Assembly (NCBI GenBank): GCA_046339595.1
Contig: JBKDUF010000048.1
Location: 4,351 to 68,350 of the forward strand
DNA from: Betaproteobacteria bacterium
Lineage (GTDB): Bacteria > Pseudomonadota > Gammaproteobacteria > Burkholderiales > SG8-41
Length of the DNA stretch: 64,000 nucleotides
Direction: 5' to 3'
The position numbers were made by a program, and so were the translations under genes. Below the pieces are notes generated by a model. It was not told where the DNA came from. It worked only from the letters and a program-made list of their open reading frames with translations, and did not search any database. Shown here in pieces: positions 9,589 to 18,552 of the stretch. Positions within the stretch are counted from its first letter, which is position 1. Every line of letters begins with the position of its first letter.

Positions 9589-10164
9589 TCACGCGCTGAA
9601 TAGCTGCTTGAAATCCACGTCCTTGCGTTCTTCCTCGCTGAACTCGAGCAGTTGCGCGGCCTTGAAGCCGAGCAGGCGGGCGACGATCAGGTCCGGAAAC
9701 TGGTCGATGCGAACGTTGTTGATGTTCACCGACTCGTTGTAGAACTCGCGGCGGTCGGCGATGGAGTTTTCCAGCGCCGAGATGCGCGTCTGCAGCTGCT
9801 GGAAAGTCTGGTTGGCCTTCAGGTCGGGATAGGCCTCGGCCAGCGCGAACAGGCTTCCAAGTGCAGCCCGCAATCCGCCCTCGGCCTGGCCAAGCGCCGG
9901 GATGTTCTGCGTCTCACGGGCGGTAAACACCTTCGAGCGTGCTTCGATCACCCGCGTCAGGGTGTCCTGCTCGAATTTCATGTACTGTTTGCAGGTCTCC
10001 ACCAGCTTGGGCAGCTCGTCGTGGCGCTGCTTGAGCAGAACGTCGATATTGGCCCAGGCCTTTGATACGTTGTGCTTGATCTGCACCAGCGCGTTGTAGA
10101 TGGTGATGCCGTAGACCAGCACGACGACAACGACGGCGAGGCTTAGGATGGTGACAAATTCCAT
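9589..10164 (-). CDS. lemA: LemA family protein
   Basis: 191 aa with an N-terminal TM, then YNALVQIKHNVSKAWANIDVLLKQRHDELPKLV, typical of LemA. Confidence 0.9.
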   Translation of the reverse strand: MEFVTILSLAVVVVVLVYGITIYNALVQIKHNVSKAWANIDVLLKQRHDELPKLVETCKQYMKFEQDTLTRVIEARSKVFTARETQNIPALGQAEGGLRAALGSLFALAEAYPDLKANQTFQQLQTRISALENSIADRREFYNESVNINNVRIDQFPDLIVARLLGFKAAQLLEFSEEERKDVDFKQLFSA

Positions 10165-10243
10165 TCGAGTTCTCCCTGGATGACTTCCGCGGACAATTGT
10201 ATAGCAGCCCCGGGGACTAATTGCACTCCAGCCGGCAACCCCT

Positions 10244-11755
10244 CTACCAGCTGTAGCCGACCGAATAGCGGACGATAGCTTCGGCTCCTGCCGCCACGCT
10301 CACCGGAAACGTCACGGTCCGCGCATCAACCTTGCGGTAGTCGTGACTCTTGCCGGTGATCTGCCAGTGGCTCCAGCGGTAGAGTTGTTCGCGCACCATC
10401 ACGGTGACGGCTTCCTTTTTCTGGTTGCGCACCCTGACTTCGATCTCCTCGGTCATGGTCTTGCGTGTGCTGTCGATGCTGAAATTGACTTGCCGCCGCT
10501 CGCCAACCACATCGAAGGCCGAGCCCATCCGGATCAGCACATTTTCGTTGCGCGGGGTGTGGTCGAGGCTGTCTTCGCCGATGAACTCCAGCGTCTGGTC
10601 GGCGGGGTCGAGCTTGGACACGCGGATGCGGCCGGCGGGCAGGGGCTGGCCGAGGTTCTGTTCCTTGCCGTTCTTGAAGCTGATGAATACATCAACCTTG
10701 CGGTTGCCGGTCTCGCCATGGTTGCGGTCGGTGACCGGGCCGCCATGGCCTCGAAAGCCCGGGGTGCCCTGATAGACCAGGGTTTTCTCGCAGGGCACGC
10801 CGCGCGCCACCGGGAACAGCTCGAGCTGCTGGGTCGAATTGTCGGGCAGCGTCACCGGACGGCCGAGGGTGTAGAGGTGGTATTCGAAGAATTCCTTGTC
10901 CCCGAAACCGGGCGCGGCCTCGGCGGCGAGGCTGGCGCGGGCCATCATGGCTGGCGCGACACGGCCGGGTGGCTGCACGCGGTTGACGTCCCCAGCGACG
11001 AGTTTCAATCGTGCATCATTGTAGCTGGCGCCGGACTTGTTGATGATGCTGACCCAGGCGCCGACATCGAGTTTGCAGGTGCTGGCGTCCGCGCCGTCCT
11101 GGTAGGTCAGGTTGTAATCGGCCCACCAGGTCATGCCGCCGGTCTGGTACGACACGCGGCTGGCCTGGTTGCCACCGCGGCTGGCGTGGAGGTCCCAGAC
11201 CAGTGTCGGCCGCGTGATCAGGCCGCCGGGCAGGTCGGGCAGGCGCACGCCGGCGTTGTGCGGCAGGGTCTGGATGCCGCCGTCGTCGCGCTTGAGCACG
11301 AGGCCGCCGTTGGTGGAGAGCAGTGTGCCGCTGAAGCTTTCGACGCCGCTGCCGCGCACCTGGTCCACGCTGATGCGGCGGTCGAGGTATTTCTCCAGCA
11401 GCTTTTGCGTGTTGACCAGATCGAACTGGAAATTCTGTTCCAGCACGCGGGTGCCGGCGGGGTCGGTCAGCGAATCGAAGCGCACCGTGGTCGGGTCGAT
11501 CAGCGCGGCGACATCGCTGAAGCGCACGCTGTTGTGGCCGCGCTGCAGGGCCAGTTCACGCTGCTGGCGGACGATGGCGTACCCGGGAATCGCGGCGCCG
11601 CTGCCGCCGCCGCGATACAGCTCCGGCGGCAGGGCGCCGGGGCGGGCTGTGCTGTAGATGGTGACGGCCTGACCGCTGCCTTCGCCCTGGGCGGTGGCGG
11701 TGGCGGCAAGCGCGGCGAGGGTCAAGGCAAGCAGCGGGCGGATGGCGGGGTTCAT
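10244..11755 (-). CDS. secreted DUF4139-like (MuiA-like) protein
   Basis: 503 aa with a signal peptide (LALTLAALAATATAQG). Its N-terminal organisation (VTIYS...AIVRQQRELALQRGHNSVRFSDVAALIDPTTVRF) resembles DUF4140/DUF4139 proteins as I recall them. Confidence 0.55.
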   Translation of the reverse strand: MNPAIRPLLALTLAALAATATAQGEGSGQAVTIYSTARPGALPPELYRGGGSGAAIPGYAIVRQQRELALQRGHNSVRFSDVAALIDPTTVRFDSLTDPAGTRVLEQNFQFDLVNTQKLLEKYLDRRISVDQVRGSGVESFSGTLLSTNGGLVLKRDDGGIQTLPHNAGVRLPDLPGGLITRPTLVWDLHASRGGNQASRVSYQTGGMTWWADYNLTYQDGADASTCKLDVGAWVSIINKSGASYNDARLKLVAGDVNRVQPPGRVAPAMMARASLAAEAAPGFGDKEFFEYHLYTLGRPVTLPDNSTQQLELFPVARGVPCEKTLVYQGTPGFRGHGGPVTDRNHGETGNRKVDVFISFKNGKEQNLGQPLPAGRIRVSKLDPADQTLEFIGEDSLDHTPRNENVLIRMGSAFDVVGERRQVNFSIDSTRKTMTEEIEVRVRNQKKEAVTVMVREQLYRWSHWQITGKSHDYRKVDARTVTFPVSVAAGAEAIVRYSVGYSW

Positions 11756-11876
11756 GGAGGAGCTCCTGGGTTGTCCTGCTGTTTAAACGCCGGAACTGGC
11801 CGGATGGGGTTAAGGCCCGCGGTGCCGGCGCGTACAATCCCGGCTGCAAGCGTCATCCACAGAAAACGGGACGGGC

Positions 11877-12455
11877 ATGAACAACATCTGCATTTTTTGC
11901 GGTTCGAACAGCGGTCGCGGCGAGACCTACGCCGAATCAGCGCGGGCGATGGTGGCGGCAATCGGCGAGGCGGAGCTGGGCATCGTCTTCGGCGGTGGCA
12001 ACATCGGGCTGATGGGGGTGATCGCCGAGGCGGCGCTGGCGCAAGGCGTACGTGCGGTGGGTATCACGCCGCGGCGCCTGCTCGAGCGCGAGGTGGTGCA
12101 TACCGGCCTGAATGAGCTGCACGTGGTCGAATCCATGCACGAGCGCAAGGCGCTGATGCGCGCGCAGTCCGATGCCTTCATCGCGTTGCCGGGCGGGCTG
12201 GGCACGCTGGACGAACTGTTTGAAGTCGCGGCGCTGACCCAGCTCGGCGAGCATCACAAGCCCTGCGGCCTGCTCAACACCTCGGGCTATTTCGACGGGC
12301 TGCGCGGTTTTCTGGACCATGCCGTGGCCGAGCGCTTCGTGACCCCGGTGCACCGGGACCTGCTGGTGGTGGAGTCGGACCCGCGGCGGCTGATTGCCGG
12401 ACTGCGTGCCTGGAAACCGGCACAGTCCAGTAAATGGATGGACCGCAAGGCCTAG
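11877..12455 (+). CDS. LOG family (TIGR00730) nucleotide phosphoribohydrolase
   Basis: Carries the motifs ICIFCGSNSG, GIVFGGGNIGLMG and PGGLGTLDELFE. Confidence 0.9.
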   Translation: MNNICIFCGSNSGRGETYAESARAMVAAIGEAELGIVFGGGNIGLMGVIAEAALAQGVRAVGITPRRLLEREVVHTGLNELHVVESMHERKALMRAQSDAFIALPGGLGTLDELFEVAALTQLGEHHKPCGLLNTSGYFDGLRGFLDHAVAERFVTPVHRDLLVVESDPRRLIAGLRAWKPAQSSKWMDRKA

Positions 12456-12547
12456 GTCCTGCCGGTAATGGGGGCATAAGAAATTTTGAGTCTGGCCCCG
12501 TGGTGGCCCCCATAAAATCCGCCAGCCACCATGCACCGGGGAATCCC

Positions 12548-15430
12548 ATGAGCGCCAGCGCCGAGACCGTCGTCCGCAGCGAAACCCGCAACACCACCTG
12601 TTACATGTGCGCCTGCCGCTGCGGCATCCGCGTGCATCTCAAAAACGGTGAAGTCCGTTACATCGAGGGCAATCCCGAGCACCCGCTGAACCAGGGCGTG
12701 ATCTGCGCCAAGGGCGCCTCGGGCATCATGAAGCAGTATTCGCCGGCGCGCCTGACCCAGCCGCTGAAGCGCAAGGCCGGCGCCGAGCGTGGCGCCAACG
12801 CCTTCGAGCCGATCAGCTGGGATGAAGCCTTCCGCATCATGGAGGAACGGCTGCGCAAGATCCGCTCGACCGATCCGCGTAAATTCGCGCTGTTCACCGG
12901 CCGCGACCAGCTGCAGGCCCTGACCGGCCTGTTCGCCCGGCAGTTCGGCACCCCGAACTACGCCGCCCACGGCGGCTTCTGCTCGGTGAACATGGCCGCG
13001 GGCATGATCTACAGCATCGGCGGCAGTTTCTGGGAGTTCGGCGGGCCCGACCTCGACCGCGCGAAGCTGTTCGTGATGATCGGCACCGCTGAGGACCACC
13101 ATTCCAACCCGCTCAAGATCGCAATTTCAAAGTTCAAGCGCAGCGGGGGCAAGTTCATTTCCATCAATCCGGTGCGCACCGGGTACTCGGCGGTGGCCGA
13201 CGAGTGGATCCCGATCCGCCCCGGAACCGACGGCGCGCTGCTGCTGGCGCTGAACCACGAACTGCTGCGCCAGGGCCTCTACGACCGCGACTTCATCGCC
13301 CAGTACAGCAACGCCGGCTATCTGGTGAACCTTGACGAATCCAGCGACCAGTTCGGCATGATCGTCTGCGATGAACAGGCCGAGGAGAAGAACCCGCACC
13401 GCAAGCACCAGCAGCTGTGGTGGGACCGCCATTCCAACCGCGCGGTGATCAACCACACGGCAGGCAGTGACCCGGCACTGACCGGCAGCTACCGCCTGCC
13501 CGACGGCACACCGGTGAAGCCGGCTTTCGAGCTGCTGCGCGAACGCCTGGCCGGCTATACGCCGGAATGGGCCGCCGGCATCACCGGCATTGATGCCGAG
13601 ACGATCCGCCGCCTGGCCAGGGAAATGGGCATCACCGCGCGCGACCAGAAGATCGAACTGCCGATTGCCTGGACCGACAGCTGGGGCCGCAAACACGACA
13701 AGGTCACCGGCAACCCGGTGGCCTTCCATGCGATGCGCGGACTGGCGGCGCATTCCAACGGCTTCCAGACCATCCGCGCGCTGTCGGTGCTGATGTCGCT
13801 GCTCGGCACCATTGACCGGCCGGGTGGCTTCCGCCACAAGGCGCCGTTCCCGCGCAGCACGCCGCCGGTGTATGCGCGCAATCCTAACGATCCGGCGGCC
13901 GTGAAGCCGGACACGCCGCTGGGCGGCGCGCCGCTGGGTTTCCCCGGCGGTCCGGAGGACCTGTTCGTGGACGAACAGGGCGGTCCGGTGCGCATCGACA
14001 AGGCCTTCTCCTGGGAGCATCCGCTGGCGGTGCACGGGATGATGCACAACGTCATCACCAATGCCTGGCGCGGTGACCCGTACCGCATCGACACGCTGCT
14101 GATCTTCATGGCGAACATGGCGTGGAATTCGACCATGAACACGGTCGAGGTGCGCAAGATGCTGAACGACAAGGACGCGTCGGGTGAATACAAGATCCCG
14201 TTCCTGATCGTCTGTGACGCCTTTCAGTCGGAGATGACGGCTTTCGCCGACCTGATCCTGCCCGACACCACCTACCTCGAGCGCCATGACGTGATGTCGA
14301 TGCTCGACCGGCCGATTTCGGAATTCGACGGACCGGTGGATTCGGTGCGGGTGCCGGTGGTGCCGCCCAAGGGCGAGTGCAAACCCTTCCAGGAGGTGCT
14401 GGTGGAGTTGGCGGGGCGGTTGAAGTTTCCGGCCTTCACCAAACCTGACGGTTCGCGCAAGTTCAGGGACTATCCGGATTTCATTGTCAATTTTGAAACC
14501 GAGCCGGGATCGGGGCAGGGCTTCCTGATCGGATGGCGCGGCAAGGATGGCGACAAGGCACTGGTCGGTGAACCCAATCCGAAGCAGTGGGAGATGTACG
14601 CGAACAACAACTGCGTGTTCCACCATGTGATGCCCGAGTCGCACCAATACATGCGGAACTGGAACCTCGGCTATTCCGAGTGGGCGCAGCAGATGAAACT
14701 GCGCCGCTTTGCAGACCCGGTGATCATCCAGCTCTACGCCGAGGTGCTGCAGAAATTCCGCCGCGCCGCCAAAGGCCACGGCAAACGCGTGCCGCCGTCG
14801 CAGCTGCGCGAGCGCATCCTGACCTATTTCGACCCGCTGCCCTTTTATTACACGCCGCTGGAGGTGCAGGCTTCGGACACGGCGACCTATCCGCTGGCGG
14901 CGATCACCCAGCGGCCGATGGCGATGTATCACTCCTGGGATTCGCAGAACGCCTGGCTGCGCCAGATTCATGCGCATAACTATCTGTTTGTAAACGAAAA
15001 AACGGCACTGGCCGAGGGTATCGCCGACGGCGACTGGATCTGGGTGGAGTCCGCCCACGGGCGCGTGCGCTGCCTGTGCCGCCACAGCAACGCGGTGGAG
15101 CCGGGGACGGTGTGGACCTGGAATGCCATCGGTAAGGCGCAGGGCGCCTGGAACCTCGCACCGGAAGCAAACGAGGCCCAGCGCGGCTTTCTCCTCAACC
15201 ACCTGATTACCGAGGAACTGCCGGCAGGCGAGGGACGGACGATTTCGAATTCCGATCCGGTGACCGGACAGGCCGGCTGGTATGACGTGCGGGTACGCAT
15301 CCGCAAGACCGCTGCGGACGAGCCGGCGGAAACCTTCCCGCAGGTCGCGCCGCTGACGCCGCTGCCGGGCATGAATCCGGTGCGCCGGCTGTGGCAGGGC
15401 TTTGTTGCGGGGACAGGTGAATTCAAATGA
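12548..15430 (+). CDS. molybdopterin (bis-MGD) oxidoreductase catalytic subunit without Tat signal, SoeA-like
   Basis: ATG 12548 (MSASAETVV...) precedes the N-terminal Fe-S motif CYMCACRCG...VICAKG. It has a possible Mo-ligand region AHGGFCSVN and is ~960 aa. No RR signal peptide is visible. It is followed by Fe-S and membrane subunit genes. Confidence 0.8.
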   Translation: MSASAETVVRSETRNTTCYMCACRCGIRVHLKNGEVRYIEGNPEHPLNQGVICAKGASGIMKQYSPARLTQPLKRKAGAERGANAFEPISWDEAFRIMEERLRKIRSTDPRKFALFTGRDQLQALTGLFARQFGTPNYAAHGGFCSVNMAAGMIYSIGGSFWEFGGPDLDRAKLFVMIGTAEDHHSNPLKIAISKFKRSGGKFISINPVRTGYSAVADEWIPIRPGTDGALLLALNHELLRQGLYDRDFIAQYSNAGYLVNLDESSDQFGMIVCDEQAEEKNPHRKHQQLWWDRHSNRAVINHTAGSDPALTGSYRLPDGTPVKPAFELLRERLAGYTPEWAAGITGIDAETIRRLAREMGITARDQKIELPIAWTDSWGRKHDKVTGNPVAFHAMRGLAAHSNGFQTIRALSVLMSLLGTIDRPGGFRHKAPFPRSTPPVYARNPNDPAAVKPDTPLGGAPLGFPGGPEDLFVDEQGGPVRIDKAFSWEHPLAVHGMMHNVITNAWRGDPYRIDTLLIFMANMAWNSTMNTVEVRKMLNDKDASGEYKIPFLIVCDAFQSEMTAFADLILPDTTYLERHDVMSMLDRPISEFDGPVDSVRVPVVPPKGECKPFQEVLVELAGRLKFPAFTKPDGSRKFRDYPDFIVNFETEPGSGQGFLIGWRGKDGDKALVGEPNPKQWEMYANNNCVFHHVMPESHQYMRNWNLGYSEWAQQMKLRRFADPVIIQLYAEVLQKFRRAAKGHGKRVPPSQLRERILTYFDPLPFYYTPLEVQASDTATYPLAAITQRPMAMYHSWDSQNAWLRQIHAHNYLFVNEKTALAEGIADGDWIWVESAHGRVRCLCRHSNAVEPGTVWTWNAIGKAQGAWNLAPEANEAQRGFLLNHLITEELPAGEGRTISNSDPVTGQAGWYDVRVRIRKTAADEPAETFPQVAPLTPLPGMNPVRRLWQGFVAGTGEFK

Positions 15431-15458
15431 CGCAATTCGTTGGCAGGGAGTGTGCGCA

Positions 15459-16160
15459 ATGACCCAGCTCGCGTTGGTGATCGATCTGAATGTCTGTGTG
15501 GGCTGCCATGCCTGTGTGACCAGCTGCAAGGAATGGAACACCTCGGGGGAAGCCGGCTTCATGGCCGACGACAACCCCTACGGCCGTGATCCGACCGGGA
15601 CCTTTTTCAACCGGGTGCAGACCTTCGAGGTGGGCGAGTTCCCGGACACGCAGACCGTGCATTTCCCCAAGTCCTGCCTGCATTGCGAGGACCCGCCGTG
15701 CGTGCCGGTGTGTCCGACCGGCGCCAGCTACAAGCGGCCGGAAGACGGCATCGTGCTGGTGGATTACGACAAGTGCATCGGCTGCAAGTACTGCGCCTGG
15801 GCCTGTCCCTACGGCGTGCGCGAACTGGACGAACACCAGAAGGTGATGAAGAAGTGCACGCTGTGCGTGGATCGCATCACTGACCAGAGCCTGCCCGAAG
15901 CCGAACGCAAGCCCGCCTGCGTGCTGGCCTGTCCGACCAACGCCCGGCTCTACGGCGACATCCATGACGAGGAATCGATCGTGTCGAAGGCGATCCGTGA
16001 AGCCGCGGGCTACCAGCTGATGCCCGAGTGGGGCACCAAGCCGGCCAACCATTACCTGCCCCGGCGCGCCCCTGCGCTGCAGACCGCTGGCGTCGGCGCC
16101 ACGGCCAATCCGCTCGATATCGACGGCCCGATGCCGCAGGCCACGGAGGGCCGGCCATGA
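15459..16160 (+). CDS. 4Fe-4S dicluster electron-transfer subunit (DmsB/SoeB-like)
   Basis: Starts MTQLALVIDLNVCVGCHACVTSCKEWN and has further Cys clusters (CLHCEDPPCVPVCP, CIGCKYCAWACP, CTLC...CVLACP). Confidence 0.85.
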   Translation: MTQLALVIDLNVCVGCHACVTSCKEWNTSGEAGFMADDNPYGRDPTGTFFNRVQTFEVGEFPDTQTVHFPKSCLHCEDPPCVPVCPTGASYKRPEDGIVLVDYDKCIGCKYCAWACPYGVRELDEHQKVMKKCTLCVDRITDQSLPEAERKPACVLACPTNARLYGDIHDEESIVSKAIREAAGYQLMPEWGTKPANHYLPRRAPALQTAGVGATANPLDIDGPMPQATEGRP

Positions 16161-17095
16161 ATCCCGCATTCTCGGTGGTGTTCCTGACCACGCTGATCGG
16201 CGCGGGGCAGGGGCTGTTCCTGGCGATGGTGGGCGTGGAGGCGGCGGCTGCCGCGCACTGGCTCGACGCGCCGGGCACGGCGTTTTATGTCACGGGCAGC
16301 GTGCTGTCCGTGCTGCTGCTGGGCTGCGGACTGCTCGCGTCGTTTTTCCACCTCGGCCATCCCGAGCGCGCCTGGCGCGCGATCGCGATGTGGCGGACTT
16401 CCTGGCTGTCGCGCGAGGTGATCGTCCTGCCGGCCTTCATCGCCGCGGTGGCGCTGTACGGGCTGCTGCACCTGCTGGACCACGATGCCACGCTGGCTGT
16501 GGCCGGTCCCGGCGTGCTGCTGTGCCTGCTGCTGTTCTGGTGCACCGGCATGATCTACGCCTGCATCAAATTCCTGCAGGAATGGGCAACGCCGCTGACG
16601 CTGGTGAATTTCACGCTGCTCGGTTCCGCTTCCGGCCTGATGCTCGCCGCCGCGCTGTCCGCACTGCGCGGCGATGGTCATGCCGAGGTGCTGGCGGGCT
16701 GGGCCCTGGGCCTGACCTTCGCCGGCTTTTTCACCCGGGTTGCGGCCTTGCTGCGCAATGACCGGCTGCGTCCGAAATCGACCCTGCAGAGCGCGATCGG
16801 CGTGAACCATCCGCGGGTGGTGCAGAAGTCGCAGGGTTTCACGGGCGGTTCCTTCAACACCCGCGAGTTCTTCCATGGCCGGGGGCCGGGCACGCTGCGT
16901 GCGGTGAAGTGGCTGTTCCTGGTGGCGGGCTTCATCCTGCCCGCGCTGCTGGCGGCGTCCTACCTGGACGGCGGCAGCAACTGGAAGCCGGTGGCGGCCA
17001 CACTGATCCAGTTTGCTGGGCTGGTTGCCGAGCGCTGGTTTTTCTTTGCCCAGGCCAACCATCCGCAGAACCTTTATTATCAGGCGGTCTCCTGA
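16157..17095 (+). CDS. DmsC/NrfD-like integral membrane anchor subunit (SoeC-like)
   Basis: ATG 16157 overlaps the upstream stop (ATGA). It is a ~312-aa protein with multiple TM segments. Confidence 0.75.
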   Translation: MNPAFSVVFLTTLIGAGQGLFLAMVGVEAAAAAHWLDAPGTAFYVTGSVLSVLLLGCGLLASFFHLGHPERAWRAIAMWRTSWLSREVIVLPAFIAAVALYGLLHLLDHDATLAVAGPGVLLCLLLFWCTGMIYACIKFLQEWATPLTLVNFTLLGSASGLMLAAALSALRGDGHAEVLAGWALGLTFAGFFTRVAALLRNDRLRPKSTLQSAIGVNHPRVVQKSQGFTGGSFNTREFFHGRGPGTLRAVKWLFLVAGFILPALLAASYLDGGSNWKPVAATLIQFAGLVAERWFFFAQANHPQNLYYQAVS

Positions 17096-17108
17096 ACGAC
17101 CGCCGGAC

Positions 17109-17429
17109 ATGCCGCTCGACGGATCCCCCCGATTTGCCGCCTTTCGCGCCTACACCTATGTGCGTGAACTGACCCTGCGTGAGAAGCAGCGGCTGATTGC
17201 GGAGATCCAGCAAACCCGCGGCCTGATGCCGATCCTGATGAAACCGCGCAACGGTCAGCGCTGGAGCGCCGACGACCGGGCGCAACTGCGCGATCACCTT
17301 GGCCGGCTGACGCGGCTCAGCCCCTATCTGGTGCTGGTGGTGATGCCCGGCGGTTTTTTCGTGTTGCCGGTATTCGCCTGGTGGCTGGATCGCCGGCGCG
17401 ACCGCAACCGCATCCGTTTCGAGGGCTGA
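17109..17429 (+). CDS. hypothetical small membrane protein
   Basis: ATG 17109; 106 aa with one hydrophobic segment (YLVLVVMPGGFFVLPVFAWW). No family was recognised. Confidence 0.45.
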   Translation: MPLDGSPRFAAFRAYTYVRELTLREKQRLIAEIQQTRGLMPILMKPRNGQRWSADDRAQLRDHLGRLTRLSPYLVLVVMPGGFFVLPVFAWWLDRRRDRNRIRFEG

Positions 17430-17438
17430 GGGCGGTCC

Positions 17439-18029
17439 TTGGTTGCCCTGTGGTATCTGCTGCTGCTCGCCCCCTTTGTTGCACTCGCGGTGCTGTGGCT
17501 GAACTACCGGCGCAAACAGGCGGCGCGTGAACGTGAGTCGATGCAGCGCTGGCAGCGCGTGGTCGAGGCACGGCCTGCAATCAGCGGCGAGCCTTCAGTC
17601 CCTGCGCCAGCCACTGCCGCCCACCGGCTGCGGCCGCGTTTGCTGGAACCCGCCGATACCCTGCTGTTCCGCCTGCTTGCACTGAGCTTGTCGGATCACG
17701 ACGTGTTTGCCGGGGTTTCGGTCGACCAGATCCTGGTGCCAGGGACCTCGCTCACCGGGCTGGAGCGCGAAGCCCGCTTGCGCGCCTGGTCGCGGATGCG
17801 CATTGATTTCCTGGTCTGCGACAAGGGGCTGCAGCCGTGCGTGGCGGTGCTGGTCGATGCCGTTGACGAACGCATGGCCCTGGTCGAGGTCCTGCGGGCT
17901 TCGGGCTTGCGCTATGTGACCCTGACCCGCAGCAGCCTGCCGGGCCGCCACCAGATGCGCGCAGTGGTCCTGGGAGAGGGCACACCGGCGGCCTCCCGTT
18001 CCAGCCCGAATTCCAACCCGGATTCATAA
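17439..18029 (+). CDS. DUF2726-like protein with N-terminal TM segment
   Basis: Has an N-terminal TM segment and a C-terminal region (RIDFLVCDKGLQPCVAVLVD) resembling DUF2726. The start is uncertain (TTG). Confidence 0.45.
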   Translation: MVALWYLLLLAPFVALAVLWLNYRRKQAARERESMQRWQRVVEARPAISGEPSVPAPATAAHRLRPRLLEPADTLLFRLLALSLSDHDVFAGVSVDQILVPGTSLTGLEREARLRAWSRMRIDFLVCDKGLQPCVAVLVDAVDERMALVEVLRASGLRYVTLTRSSLPGRHQMRAVVLGEGTPAASRSSPNSNPDS

Positions 18030-18252
18030 CCGTTTGATTCAAAAAGGGTAATAAATCGGGCAGGGCGCCATAAAGCGCTTGACGGCGACTTTAGGTCCCC
18101 GTATAACGGCAGCGCGTGTTTGGTTTCAAGTGCTTGAAAGTCAGCGGTTTCCGGTGTTTCAGTGGCTGGTGTGCGTGCTTTTGGGGCTGTGAGATTTAAA
18201 TACGATATCCGGCTTGATGCCGGTTTAATCCAACCTCAAAAGGAACAGCAAC

Positions 18253-18459
18253 ATGGCAACTGGTACCGTCAAATGGTTTAACGACGCCAAAGGTTACGGC
18301 TTCATCACCCCCGACGGCGGCGGTGAAGACCTCTTCGCCCACTTCTCGGGCATCAACATGAACGGCTTCAAGACGCTGAAGGAAGGCCAGAAGGTCACCT
18401 TCGACGTGACCCCGGGCAACAAGGGCAAGCAGCAGGCCAGCAACATCCAGGCCGCCTGA
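18253..18459 (+). CDS. cspA: cold-shock protein, CspA family
   Basis: [32 protein letters not shown] carries the RNP1/RNP2 motifs. It has a long 5' leader, as is usual for csp genes. Confidence 0.95.
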   Translation: MATGTVKWFNDAKGYGFITPDGGGEDLFAHFSGINMNGFKTLKEGQKVTFDVTPGNKGKQQASNIQAA

Positions 18460-18480
18460 TCTTCCCGACCCAGGGTTGAA

Positions 18481-18508
18481 AAAACCGGGCCTCGGCCCGG
18501 TTTTTTTT
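18481..18508 (+). terminator. rho-independent terminator after cspA
   Basis: CCGGGCC-TC-GGCCCGG stem followed by T8. Confidence 0.8.
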
Positions 18509-18552
18509 CGCCGCAGACGTGCTGGTCATTGCATGAGTATTCCCGGACCCTG

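Noticed and set aside
12434-12547. Upstream extension of the molybdoenzyme ORF, and similar N-terminal extensions at 1032, 15402, 16028, 17013, 35833 and 59927..61291.
   Set aside because: The extensions lack signal-peptide or family features and overlap upstream genes or spacers. Internal ATGs give canonical N-termini, and start/stop overlaps support them.
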